In this document: in pieces, positions 46,622-56,576 of the stretch | Numbering within the stretch: the stretch's first letter is position 1 | How the letters are laid out: every line of letters starts with the position of its first letter | Assembly (NCBI GenBank): GCA_902563095.1 | Contig: CACEWA010000001.1 | Span: forward strand, 24,540 to 88,539 | Direction of reading: 5' to 3' | DNA length: 64,000 nt | Source of the DNA: an uncultured Candidatus Poseidoniales archaeon | GTDB taxonomy: Archaea > Thermoplasmatota > Poseidoniia > Poseidoniales > Poseidoniaceae | Notes under the pieces: generated by a model | Told to the model about the DNA's origin: nothing | The model's input: only the letters and a program-made list of their open reading frames with translations | The model's database searches: none | Translations under genes and position numbers: made by a program

Positions 46622-49600
46622 TCAATAATCTTCATCGTAATCGTCGTCTTCATCCTCTTCGTCTTCATCCTCTTCCCAATCTTCTTCCTCTTCCCATTCT
46701 TCATCGAAAAGAGAATCTTCGCCATGGCTAATCGCGGTTCTATTTGCAGTTATTCCAATAGCAACTAGAACGATTATCGATAGAATCGAGAATAGCCAAA
46801 TCAGAGGTTCTTCACGTATAGAATCAAACCATCCCATGTATGAAACATAGACAATTTCGACTTTGTGATCTGCAGAGTTGTCATCATCATTAACTTCAAC
46901 GATGACATCATCTGGGTCTACTTCAACACGAATACGGTCAATTCCTTCCTTGGCAGTCCACTTAGCCGAAACGGGGATATTCTCATTTGCATCGATATTG
47001 TTCAGTGTTACTGTATCGAATGGTACAATCGCATCTCCTGCATAGAATGCGACTTTGAATTGATAATTTGTTTCGCCTCCAACGTTTAGCACATTTGCAG
47101 TGATTTCGATTTCTTGCCCTGGAGCTACATGGTCATCTGATAACTCAATTGAGCCAATCTTTAGTTGAGGGCCGACTGCTCCCAATCGAACCCATTGCCT
47201 CTCAAAGTCGGTATCATCTGCAGCTATTTCGGCAATAGGACTTGCCTCAGAATTAGATACAACTGGGAATTCATTGCCTGCAGAATCATATCCAGTTAGA
47301 TAGAAACCTACCCAGTCTCCTTCACGCAGTGTGATTCTTCCGTTATCGGTCAAGTCTACTGTACCTGTCCAAATCACACTCTGTCCGTCTTGTTGCATTC
47401 CCAATTTAGACTGGCCTGCTCCTAAAGTCAGTGTACGGCTGGAATCACGCATTACCCAATGAACGATCTGTTCTGAACCAGTCATATCAGCATCTTCTGT
47501 TCCATGGAATTCAACTGGAACCTTGGTCAGGTCGGTGGTTGCAGAGATGTCGATGATATTCAGAGGAGCAGTTCTACTAACAACTCTCGGAGCGGTGTCA
47601 TCAACAACTACTCTTAGCGTAGTAGAAACCGTTTGACCAGTCATGTCCTCTCCAGTCCCAGGGATTCCTCCAATTGAGATTAGACAGGTTCGGGTTGGCG
47701 AGGATTTCAAAGTCTCAGCGTGCGATAGTGGGACTTCGACCGAATATCCTCCGTCATCAGCAATTGAACCATCTGACCAGATACTCTCGCCATCGAATAC
47801 TTCGATTACAATCGATGCGTCATTCGGCGCAGGAACGTTGCTACCTTCAAAGACAACTTTACCTGTAAATTCTAGGCGGTCATCATTACGTACCCTGCTA
47901 CCATCTGCTACAATTCCTGTTCTTGGCTCGCTTATATCCTCAACCAAGAATGATGCCGCATCAAGTACCAAATCATTCTCTACAGTGAATGTATGTTCTG
48001 CAATAATGTGACGTGTTGGGTACTCGTAACCTCTCTCTTTGTATTCCAATGCTAAGTCAGAAATATCCTCATCGGGCCAATCCCAGCCAAATGTGAAATC
48101 GAAATCGATTAGAATCAATGGCATCCCAGATTCGTTTGTAGTCTGAACCATATTTGATGAAGTTGCTAAGTTAATGAAATCTGAGTTACTTGCAAACATA
48201 TCGCTAATCCCATAGTAAGAGATTCTTTGTTTGTCAACTTCGTCATCAGGCCCTTCAAAGTCGAATACAAGATCGATGTATTCGAAATCAATCGCTGTGT
48301 TTGCATCGATTAGACCTAGAGAAATTGTTTGTTCTGTGCCAGCAAAAATCGGAGCGCCGTCGTTATGCCCTGCCCACTCAAGACCTGTGAAAATAGCAGA
48401 TGAGTCCTTTCTAGTTCTGAAAGTTGCATCATCTGTATCGAATCCAGGTCCACTCTCCCAGGTGTAGGTTTGGTCATCGATTATTGTGGAATAGTGTAAC
48501 GGGTTTCCTGCCCTGTCTCCTCCATCCCAATAATACGAAACACGGCCCATGTTAGGGTTGCGAGAGTGATCGATTGTTGTCGTGAACATCTTGTAATCCG
48601 CCTCGGTTTGATTGGTTACAATCTTGTGAGCATATTCGCTTGGGTCCGCTTCTCCGTTTCTGTTTAGATCATGGTCCGCTTCAACCCAGTAATAGAGAAT
48701 CAACTCCGTTGGGTCTCCAACAACGTCAGATACTGCAATGCTAACCTTTTGGCTTTCATCCGCAGCTTCGTAAGCATCATCTTCAGGAGAAGTCACCAAA
48801 GCCTCTGGATGTGATGCATCCACCTTGTAAGTTCTGAACCAATCGGAATTAGAATTCAGAACCTTAGTTGCATCTCTTTCGTTATAGGTTTGGATTTCAT
48901 AGGATAGCCCACTTTCTACATCGATATCTGGCATTTGAATAGAGATGAAGAACGAACCGTTAACGTTTGAAGTATCTCTCCAATCTGCATGTACGAATCC
49001 ATTTTGTGCAATTCGAACATCGAAAGCACTGTCCTTAGGCGCATCCGTTGAATCAGCGAACCACATTGCGCCTTGGAAGTGTAAAGTATCACCTGCTGCA
49101 ACCCAGCTTCCATCTTCAACATCGGTAGAAATTACCTCTCCGTCATTGTCCCTAACATTCAACCAGCCCAGACCGAATGAATTGTTTACTTTCAATCCGG
49201 TGTCACTGGATAGTGGCGTGGGACTAAATCCTGCACTACCTGAAGTGTCTAGGCAACTTGTCACAAATCGTACATTCTCTTGGTCTGGGAAGTTAGATGT
49301 CACAAAGAATAACCAGTGGATTTCCAAAATTCCATTGTTTAGGTAAGACCATGATGATTGATCGATTTCAACCCAGTCATCTGGGTCATTTGGAGACGGG
49401 AATATATCGCCATCTTGCCATTCTAAAGTAGGTGCACTAGATGCTGGTGTTGCTATGAATGACAGAGATGCTGATTGAATGTAATTTGTAGCACCATCAC
49501 CAACAATATGTCTCGTCACTACCTCATAAGGTTCGTTTCTTTCGTGAAGAATTTCTCCATCTGGAATACTGATGTCTAAATTCACCGTATTGATTGAGTA

Positions 49601-51625
49601 GGTAACACTGAATCTCTCCAGCACCACTGTTCCAGCAGCCTGCGAACTAACATGTATGGGTATGATTACACTACCCGCACCGGTATCAGGAATCAAATCG
49701 TTGAAGGCTTTGACAAAAGTAGTTCCTCCTTGAGTCGTAGTTCCTAGCAACACTCCTTGACTTGTCCATTCTTTGCTGCCATCTCCTCCTACGTCGATTC
49801 CAACCTGTTCAGGGGCATTGGTATGTAGTGCAATTTGTAAATCGTCTAGTGTGGGCGTATTTGATCCAGTAGAAGTGAATCTGACATAGATGTAAATGTA
49901 GCCACTGGTCATCGCAACCGTCTTTGAGTCGCCGCTAAAACCAAAAATCTTAGTTGACCCAGAGTCTTGGAATTCGACTTGTATACCAGTTCCTGAAGGA
50001 GTGGTAGAATTCCACCATGCTGAAATTGCAACTGGAGCGTTTCCAGAGTAATAGTTGGAACGTATTTGGAAATATCCGCTGGTTTGGTAGCTAGTTGAAT
50101 AAGTCAAAACTACGAAATCCAACACTGGGGTTTCGCTAGAAGTACCATTGAGATAAGCCTTCCAAACAATACTCGAACCAGGGCTAGTGAATGTCAACCT
50201 TTGATTGAAGATACCACTCAGCCAAGTTGTACCACCATCATTCGAAACCTGCAACTCTATACTCGTGTTTGCAGGCATATATCCAACCAATGCCGACACC
50301 GTAATTTCGGTCACTTGCTTGGATAAGGCAGTAGTAGTGCTAGTTACAATAGAGGAAGAACTGGATACAGTTCTGTGATCAAATACAGCGCCGGTCCCTT
50401 GGCGCTGAATCTTATTCGTTGTTGAGGAACAGTATGAACTGTAATGGCACTGATACCCAAATGTGTTGTCACCTAATTGGTCCATTCCATAGTGCCCACC
50501 GCCAGAAATCTTGATTTTGCCATCTCTTTCAACAAAGATGCCATTCATTGTGAAATGGTTGTGATATCCATAATTTCGATAATACTCATTTGTAACAATC
50601 TTGGGAAGATCGACTACTAATCCACTAGATTGGGTGCTTGAAGAACCTAATTGCTCACGAGAACCTAGAAGCCAACTGCCGTTAACGCTAGTTGGATTAC
50701 TTGGATTAATTTCGTACAGATATCTGTTGTAATTTGGATACGATGCCTCATACATTAGCAAAAACATCCTACCAGAATCCTCGTCTACGTCAACACCCAT
50801 TGGATAGTAACTTCCTGAATATGTGTAGGTTCCTTGACATGTCCAATCTCCATTGGTTGAAACCGACCACTTAACCAGGATTCGATAACTGTAGGAAACA
50901 GTCCATACATTCCCATTAAAATCACTAGTAGCATCATAAGTAGAATACAACGGAGTAGAATAGGAACATGAACCAGCACTAATGCTAGAAGTCCCGATGT
51001 AAGAGCCAGTTGTTGAGTTGTACCTCTTTAGGATAGGAGTGGTGTAAACAGTGGTTGATGAATAAGTTGCAGAGACATATTCATCTCCATTGGCGATAAC
51101 AAATCCACGATAGTTGGATGTTGAAGAAGTAAGTGAGAATGAAGAAAGAGGTTTAGTAGAGCCTATGAATCCAAGGTCACCGTTTGCAGCAAACCCTCCA
51201 GTATTGTTGATTGTACCTGTTGATGTCGCCTCAGCAGAGCGGTCTAATCCATTGACATTGTCAGTTGGATTGCCTACCAACTCGACTTGGTCATTTTTAA
51301 TATCGAGATTAGAACGGCTTCCATATGCAAAACCTGGCGGGGTTCCTACCCATTGACCTGAACCAGCACCGCCGAAATCAGAGTTTGTAGTCATGTTACC
51401 CCATGACGTTGAGGAAGGTTGTCCTGCAATGTCAAATGTTGCAGAAGAAACCTCTGCGCCATATGGGAATGTAAGGTTCCCCGCAAAACCATCTCCTGTT
51501 CCAGTGAAAGTATGAGTATAAGATGTAGAACCATCTTGAAATTGCGTTTCAGTAACATCTGCTAACGCCATTGGAGATAGTACTGAGATAACGAAAATTG
51601 CCGTTAGGAATAGTGATTTTTTCAT
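46622..51625 (-). CDS. Giant secreted surface protein (~1670 aa): signal peptide, propeller/beta-sandwich modules, CARDB-like domain, C-terminal TM and acidic tail
   Basis: MKKSLFLTAIFVISVLSPMALA signal; NVGGE...IRVEVDPDDVIVEVNDDDN CARDB-like; start moved to 51625. Confidence 0.85.
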   Translation of the reverse strand: MKKSLFLTAIFVISVLSPMALADVTETQFQDGSTSYTHTFTGTGDGFAGNLTFPYGAEVSSATFDIAGQPSSTSWGNMTTNSDFGGAGSGQWVGTPPGFAYGSRSNLDIKNDQVELVGNPTDNVNGLDRSAEATSTGTINNTGGFAANGDLGFIGSTKPLSSFSLTSSTSNYRGFVIANGDEYVSATYSSTTVYTTPILKRYNSTTGSYIGTSSISAGSCSYSTPLYSTYDATSDFNGNVWTVSYSYRILVKWSVSTNGDWTCQGTYTYSGSYYPMGVDVDEDSGRMFLLMYEASYPNYNRYLYEINPSNPTSVNGSWLLGSREQLGSSSTQSSGLVVDLPKIVTNEYYRNYGYHNHFTMNGIFVERDGKIKISGGGHYGMDQLGDNTFGYQCHYSSYCSSTTNKIQRQGTGAVFDHRTVSSSSSIVTSTTTALSKQVTEITVSALVGYMPANTSIELQVSNDGGTTWLSGIFNQRLTFTSPGSSIVWKAYLNGTSSETPVLDFVVLTYSTSYQTSGYFQIRSNYYSGNAPVAISAWWNSTTPSGTGIQVEFQDSGSTKIFGFSGDSKTVAMTSGYIYIYVRFTSTGSNTPTLDDLQIALHTNAPEQVGIDVGGDGSKEWTSQGVLLGTTTQGGTTFVKAFNDLIPDTGAGSVIIPIHVSSQAAGTVVLERFSVTYSINTVNLDISIPDGEILHERNEPYEVVTRHIVGDGATNYIQSASLSFIATPASSAPTLEWQDGDIFPSPNDPDDWVEIDQSSWSYLNNGILEIHWLFFVTSNFPDQENVRFVTSCLDTSGSAGFSPTPLSSDTGLKVNNSFGLGWLNVRDNDGEVISTDVEDGSWVAAGDTLHFQGAMWFADSTDAPKDSAFDVRIAQNGFVHADWRDTSNVNGSFFISIQMPDIDVESGLSYEIQTYNERDATKVLNSNSDWFRTYKVDASHPEALVTSPEDDAYEAADESQKVSIAVSDVVGDPTELILYYWVEADHDLNRNGEADPSEYAHKIVTNQTEADYKMFTTTIDHSRNPNMGRVSYYWDGGDRAGNPLHYSTIIDDQTYTWESGPGFDTDDATFRTRKDSSAIFTGLEWAGHNDGAPIFAGTEQTISLGLIDANTAIDFEYIDLVFDFEGPDDEVDKQRISYYGISDMFASNSDFINLATSSNMVQTTNESGMPLILIDFDFTFGWDWPDEDISDLALEYKERGYEYPTRHIIAEHTFTVENDLVLDAASFLVEDISEPRTGIVADGSRVRNDDRLEFTGKVVFEGSNVPAPNDASIVIEVFDGESIWSDGSIADDGGYSVEVPLSHAETLKSSPTRTCLISIGGIPGTGEDMTGQTVSTTLRVVVDDTAPRVVSRTAPLNIIDISATTDLTKVPVEFHGTEDADMTGSEQIVHWVMRDSSRTLTLGAGQSKLGMQQDGQSVIWTGTVDLTDNGRITLREGDWVGFYLTGYDSAGNEFPVVSNSEASPIAEIAADDTDFERQWVRLGAVGPQLKIGSIELSDDHVAPGQEIEITANVLNVGGETNYQFKVAFYAGDAIVPFDTVTLNNIDANENIPVSAKWTAKEGIDRIRVEVDPDDVIVEVNDDDNSADHKVEIVYVSYMGWFDSIREEPLIWLFSILSIIVLVAIGITANRTAISHGEDSLFDEEWEEEEDWEEDEDEEDEDDDYDEDY

Positions 51626-51647
51626 CTCAAACCCGCCTCTTCGCCCT

Positions 51648-51664
51648 GTGGGCCTTCGGCCCAC
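51648..51664. repeat. Hairpin GTGGGCC-TTC-GGCCCAC in a divergent intergenic region
   Basis: Perfect 7-bp inverted repeat; cUUCGg on the plus strand. Confidence 0.75.
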
Positions 51665-51761
51665 GTGTTTACATCCCATTTCAACTATACTCCGTCAAGT
51701 CATTATCAAGAAAAGCAAAAATCGAATAAGAAGCCTGACTTTCGCCAAACAGGTGAGACAC

Positions 51762-52133
51762 ATGGGATGGTGGGACAATCAACACGGAAATCAACTCAGA
51801 ATATCAGGGACTGCTACGTTCGCATTCGCTTTACTGACTACCATGTCGGCTGCACAATTGATGTTCTTACAAGACAACGCTGACTTTGCAGATTATACTG
51901 GTTTGGCAATCGTTCTAATCGTAATTGGCGCAATCGGACTTGCTGTGTCAGCTCCTGCATTCATCAATTTGAATGCTAGAGCCAGTACTTTAGAGAGAAT
52001 CAAGACCATTAAATCCACTTCAGAATTGAGAAAAATGAAGCCTGATGGAGATGAAGCAGCCCGAATCCTAGGTGGCGGCCATGAAGAAGCATGGAATGCA
52101 TTCCTTCAAGAGAAGGGATTGAAGAAGCGTTGA
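51762..52133 (+). CDS. Small two-TM hypothetical protein
   Basis: AGGTGA RBS before the ATG at 51762; two hydrophobic helices and a basic tail. Confidence 0.7.
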   Translation: MGWWDNQHGNQLRISGTATFAFALLTTMSAAQLMFLQDNADFADYTGLAIVLIVIGAIGLAVSAPAFINLNARASTLERIKTIKSTSELRKMKPDGDEAARILGGGHEEAWNAFLQEKGLKKR

Positions 52134-52149
52134 CCACTGGGTAGTTGTA

Positions 52150-53112
52150 ATGGGCGAATACGATCCGATGCGCACACTCGTCCGTGAACTCGTATTAGCG
52201 GCGGGAATGATTACGTTACTAGTGCTAGCAATGTGGGCCCATACTGGTTCAATGCCCCCGTTAGTCGTGGTAGAATCAAATTCTATGCAACATGATTCAG
52301 ATGGTGAAATCGGCACTATTGACGCTGGAGATTTGGTTCTTGTACACGCACCAGAGGATAATCGAATAGTTACATTTGCAGAAGCAACCGACTCAAAATC
52401 GGACTACTACGGCTATGAATCTCTAGGAATGGAGGGCGATGTAATCATCTATGAACGTAATGGCGAGAGTGATAGTACACCAATTATTCATAGAGCATTA
52501 TTTGAAATTGTAATTGGACAATCAGTACCTGCGGAGAATCAAGACCAGTGTGAGGGAGGTGTCTTCTGGGAAGATGTTTGCATTACGTCTTGGTCTGTTC
52601 CCGGTTCTGACCAGGTTAATGTCAAAGAAATCAACCTAATTTTTGATGGAGAAAATACTGGGAAATACGCTTGTGAAGGAATTGCTGCACAGCATGGTTC
52701 CGAATGGTTCAGCGTTGAGAATTACACCCCAATGAATCCGGGTTACATCACTTTGGGAGATAATAATGATTGCAATGATGACCAAGGGGTATTCGAATTC
52801 GCTCAAGGGCTCTCATCCATCCACAGTGGAATGATTAGGCCTGTTCAAGAAGATTGGGTTATTGGCATCTCAGGTGCTGAAATTCCTTGGCTGGGAACTG
52901 TAAAATTGATGGTCAGTGGAGGAGATTCTCCTGGCGTTAGCCAAGTACCTGGTCAATCATTCATATTCCTAATTTTATTCGTAGGAGCGGTTTTGGTTGC
53001 TCCAATTGTAATTGAACCAGTAATCAAGAGAATTTTACGAAATTCTCCAGAAGCGGTTGAAGCTGAGATCGAGGATGCAATTGCGCTGATTTATTCTTCC
53101 GAAGAAGAATAA
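52150..53112 (+). CDS. Signal peptidase I (S26, archaeal/ER type) with inserted domain
   Basis: VVESNSMQH (Ser), GDLV, PIIHR (His), ITLGDNN. Confidence 0.88.
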   Translation: MGEYDPMRTLVRELVLAAGMITLLVLAMWAHTGSMPPLVVVESNSMQHDSDGEIGTIDAGDLVLVHAPEDNRIVTFAEATDSKSDYYGYESLGMEGDVIIYERNGESDSTPIIHRALFEIVIGQSVPAENQDQCEGGVFWEDVCITSWSVPGSDQVNVKEINLIFDGENTGKYACEGIAAQHGSEWFSVENYTPMNPGYITLGDNNDCNDDQGVFEFAQGLSSIHSGMIRPVQEDWVIGISGAEIPWLGTVKLMVSGGDSPGVSQVPGQSFIFLILFVGAVLVAPIVIEPVIKRILRNSPEAVEAEIEDAIALIYSSEEE

Positions 53113-53639
53113 TCCGATTTGGTTCCTGCAAGTTTGTAATCTGCGCTGTCAAGCCTAAATTCAACATACCTAACCTCATCATTGATATCTGAAAGATTGG
53201 CTTGGTCTAGTAATTTTTCAACACGATCTCTTGTTCTCTTTAGGCTAGACAAACGTTGTTGCTTAGTCTTTGGAATTCTTGATTCCCCTCGCATATCTTT
53301 TAGCCAATTCTCCAAAAGATTAGACGCCCAATCGATTGGTTGAACCCTAGGAGCTAGTAGTATCTCATTCGACCTATGTCTAATTCTTACGAAACCATCG
53401 GGCATCCTTCTAGTTTGAATCGAATTGGGTTGCTGCCATTGGCTTTGGCGAATAATCAGTGAGTCTTCTTCGACAATTTCTCCACCTTCTGTCGACAAAT
53501 CCATAATCGCAACCCTATCGGAAAGACGGATTAATAATTGGACAAAATCATCATCTTGAGCCCATACAGAAATCTCAGCAGGTTCCTCACCCAATGCTTC
53601 GACAATCCATGATTTCACTTCATGCCCCATTGCGTCCAT
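53091..53639 (-). CDS. Hypothetical protein
   Basis: ORF fills the gap between convergent and divergent neighbours; no motif recognised. Confidence 0.6.
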   Translation of the reverse strand: MDAMGHEVKSWIVEALGEEPAEISVWAQDDDFVQLLIRLSDRVAIMDLSTEGGEIVEEDSLIIRQSQWQQPNSIQTRRMPDGFVRIRHRSNEILLAPRVQPIDWASNLLENWLKDMRGESRIPKTKQQRLSSLKRTRDRVEKLLDQANLSDINDEVRYVEFRLDSADYKLAGTKSDYSSSEE

Positions 53640-53694
53640 GCTAATGCCAAGCAGGCACCCTTCAAGAACTACTCGACATGGGATTGAAGTGTGA

Positions 53695-55176
53695 GTGCTG
53701 AGTGGGCAGTACATGGCAAGTGGTTTCCTATCGGTTCAATTCGGTTGGACTGAAGTCTTGCTACTAGTCTTGGCGTGGTATTTACTGCTAAGATATTGGG
53801 AAAATAGTGGTAAACTCGATGAATGGAATGCTTCAAGAATTTTCTTCGGAATGGTCCTAATGGTCCGTACGGAAAAAGGGAAGAAATCTCTAGAGAAAGT
53901 CTCCAAGCCTCGCAAATTTTGGCGAGCATACGGTGAATTATCCCTTTGGGTTTGTTGGGGTGCAATGTTTATTGTTGCTGTGGGGATTATTCTTGCAGTA
54001 GTATCAGCGATTATAATGGGAAATCAGGCCGAAGCCAGGCCTGTTTCCGAATTGGTTGCAATTCCAGGCCTAAGTCCAATCATTCCACTGGGATGGGGAG
54101 TTATCGCATTTGTTGTGTGCTTAGTAATACATGAATTCGGCCACGGCATACAGGCGCGTGCGCATGGAATGCGTGTTCGTAATTTCGGCCTACTGATGGC
54201 TGGACCTTTGCCATTAGGTGCATTCGCTGAACCAGAATACAATGAAATTGCTAACTCTCCAAGACGCGAAAGACAGAGGATGTTTGCTGCTGGCCCAGCA
54301 ACCAATATTTTCGCTGCATTCATTCTCATCGTTATTTTAGGGCAAGTAGCAGGACAATTTTCAGCAGCAGATCCTGGTGTTCACTCCAGTCAAATCATCG
54401 TAGATTCTGGAGCGGATGAGGCTGGGCTAGAAGCATGGGATGTAATCACTATGATCAACGGTAGTGAAATTCGTAATTCTAACGATTTCGTAGATGTGAT
54501 GGGGGGATTGTCTGCAGGTCAAATTGTTCCAATGGAAGTTGTAAGGTATAGCGATGGGACTACTGAAACGCTAATGGTTAATCTTACAGATAAATACCAA
54601 TATTACCTCGACCTTGGATACGAAGAAGATTTGTTAGAATCGATGGACATCGAGCAAGGTGATGCATTCTTGGGGGTTCAAAACCTAGCCGGAGGAACTG
54701 CAGGAGTTGACCGCCTAGCAGGTTGGGCACACCCTGACTTTGAGACTAGCATTGTGGGTTACCTAATCAGTGTTCCAATCAATACTGGTCAGATTTTGAT
54801 AACTCCATTCGAATACCAAGGAGTGGCTATTCACCCTGCGCAAGAAGAGATGCTCGATTCCGGTGATGGTTGGCTTGCATCTACTATCGGATTGAGTGGC
54901 CTGTTGTTCTTGGTCAACCTACTATTTTGGTTGATTTGGGTGAATATTCTGCTTGGATTCACCAACTTGTTCCCGATGATTCCTTTCGATGGTGGCCATT
55001 TGTTCAAGGATATGGTTCATGGAATCATGACTGGAATTAGAAACCTAGGCAAGAAAACTGGTCTGTACAAAGTACATCCACTTTGGGTCGAACATTTCAC
55101 AAGAAAGGCTTCTTCACTATCGTCAATGATTCTGTTCATTGTTCTGATAGTTCTCATCGGTGCACCATATCTGTGA
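53695..55176 (+). CDS. Site-2 protease (M50) with PDZ domain
   Basis: HEFGH, GAFAEP, AGPATN, NLFPMIPFDGGH; PDZ-like SGADEAGLEAWDVITMING. Confidence 0.92.
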   Translation: MLSGQYMASGFLSVQFGWTEVLLLVLAWYLLLRYWENSGKLDEWNASRIFFGMVLMVRTEKGKKSLEKVSKPRKFWRAYGELSLWVCWGAMFIVAVGIILAVVSAIIMGNQAEARPVSELVAIPGLSPIIPLGWGVIAFVVCLVIHEFGHGIQARAHGMRVRNFGLLMAGPLPLGAFAEPEYNEIANSPRRERQRMFAAGPATNIFAAFILIVILGQVAGQFSAADPGVHSSQIIVDSGADEAGLEAWDVITMINGSEIRNSNDFVDVMGGLSAGQIVPMEVVRYSDGTTETLMVNLTDKYQYYLDLGYEEDLLESMDIEQGDAFLGVQNLAGGTAGVDRLAGWAHPDFETSIVGYLISVPINTGQILITPFEYQGVAIHPAQEEMLDSGDGWLASTIGLSGLLFLVNLLFWLIWVNILLGFTNLFPMIPFDGGHLFKDMVHGIMTGIRNLGKKTGLYKVHPLWVEHFTRKASSLSSMILFIVLIVLIGAPYL

Positions 55177-55777
55177 TTCGCAGTTGTGAAGGTTCTGATT
55201 CTTCCACAGTGCTCAAATCAACTGCCTTGATTCTCTTGTCAAGAGATTCTAGTGAACTGCTTGCCTCTTTTCTACATACTAATGATAAGAATTTGTGCAA
55301 GGGCATTCCTTTTTCCCAATCAAGGAATGGTTTGCCGTTTCTTGTCAGAGGAAGTTCTGGAATTCTTCTAGTTAGCATTCCTAATCTGCCAGTTAAACGA
55401 CCAACTTCCACTCTGAAAATGCGCCATGAGTCTCCTCTAACTCCCTTTAATCTGTAGGCATATAGTGGCATTAATTTGCACCGTTTGCCTTCATAAATCA
55501 TAGCTTGATACTGATCCCATGTTCTTCCTGAGAGATACAATTTTGATTTTTTAGAAGTCTTCACTTCGATAGGGAAACAAAGGTCTCCTCTAAGTGCGAG
55601 TAAATCGCCGCTTCCTTCCATTCCAGAACCTGCTGCCCTGACTACTAAGAACGGTCTTTCGATTACTTGTCTCGCTTTAGCTTTAGCAACAGCATCGCAT
55701 GACCTAGTAACCGCATCTACTCCTTTTGGTACACCTGCGAGAACTGCGCGAAGTTCTCTCTCATACTGTCCTGCCAC
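55154..55777 (-). CDS. hjc: Hjc-like Holliday junction resolvase (PD-(D/E)xK)
   Basis: GQYERELR, RAAGSG, DLLAL, IEVK. Confidence 0.75.
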   Translation of the reverse strand: MAGQYERELRAVLAGVPKGVDAVTRSCDAVAKAKARQVIERPFLVVRAAGSGMEGSGDLLALRGDLCFPIEVKTSKKSKLYLSGRTWDQYQAMIYEGKRCKLMPLYAYRLKGVRGDSWRIFRVEVGRLTGRLGMLTRRIPELPLTRNGKPFLDWEKGMPLHKFLSLVCRKEASSSLESLDKRIKAVDLSTVEESEPSQLRITDMVHR

Positions 55778-55859
55778 AATAGAGAATCAATGTCAAGTGC
55801 TTTTGATGATATCGCTGTTTACGCGTCACATTGAAGCGTGATTAGCACTAGGACGGTAT

Positions 55860-56576
55860 GTGCGCCGAATAGCGGTCAGAACGGATAATTTTCGACTTTC
55901 TTTCCATTTGATGCGAGAGTTAAAGAGAAGAAAATGTGAATTCGTAATGTTAGCATCTGGTGAAAAATGGGATGGTATACTTCTAACTTCACCCGAAGAA
56001 GTTCTGGATGGTGAGATCCCAGCAACTGAAGAAACACTAGAAATCTCTGTTGAAAGGGCGATTCAAGCATCTAGAGGATTAGATTCCGCTATACAATTGG
56101 TGTTCGGAGTAGACCCTGGGCCTAGACCTGGAATTGCTTGGTTAGCAGATGGAATAGTTGTTGGAAGTGCTCAACTCGAGCAAATTGAATTTGTTGCGGA
56201 GCACATAATCGGTTTATCTTCAGCTGTGGAACACAAGAGAATGTGTGTCAAGGTCGGTGACGGCGCTCCATTAATTCGAGACAGAATCATCAATCAATTA
56301 ATTCTCAAAGGAATTGAAACATTACAAGTAAACGAATATCGAACCAGCCAAGGGTCAAGAATCAAAACGCATCAACACGCAGCTACTAGAATTGCATTGA
56401 TGGGAGGAACTAGAGTCAATGCCATTAGGGAATTGAATCCCACTGAAGGAGATTTGAAAGAAATTCAAAGACAATCAAGAATCATGAGTTCTGGCAATCT
56501 AACAATATCTACAGAATTAGCAAGACTAGTTGCTTGTGGCGAATTATCTATGGAAGATGCAATCAGGAGAGCCTGA
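55860..56576 (+). CDS. Hypothetical protein with RNase H-like (YqgF/RuvC-type) motifs
   Basis: VFGVDPG, VKVGDG, VNE, HQHAATRIA. Confidence 0.6.
   Translation: MRRIAVRTDNFRLSFHLMRELKRRKCEFVMLASGEKWDGILLTSPEEVLDGEIPATEETLEISVERAIQASRGLDSAIQLVFGVDPGPRPGIAWLADGIVVGSAQLEQIEFVAEHIIGLSSAVEHKRMCVKVGDGAPLIRDRIINQLILKGIETLQVNEYRTSQGSRIKTHQHAATRIALMGGTRVNAIRELNPTEGDLKEIQRQSRIMSSGNLTISTELARLVACGELSMEDAIRRA

Noticed and set aside
46625-46710. TCTTCA/TCC-like tandem repeats as a possible CRISPR or microsatellite
   Set aside because: They encode the Asp/Glu-rich tail; no regular repeat-spacer period
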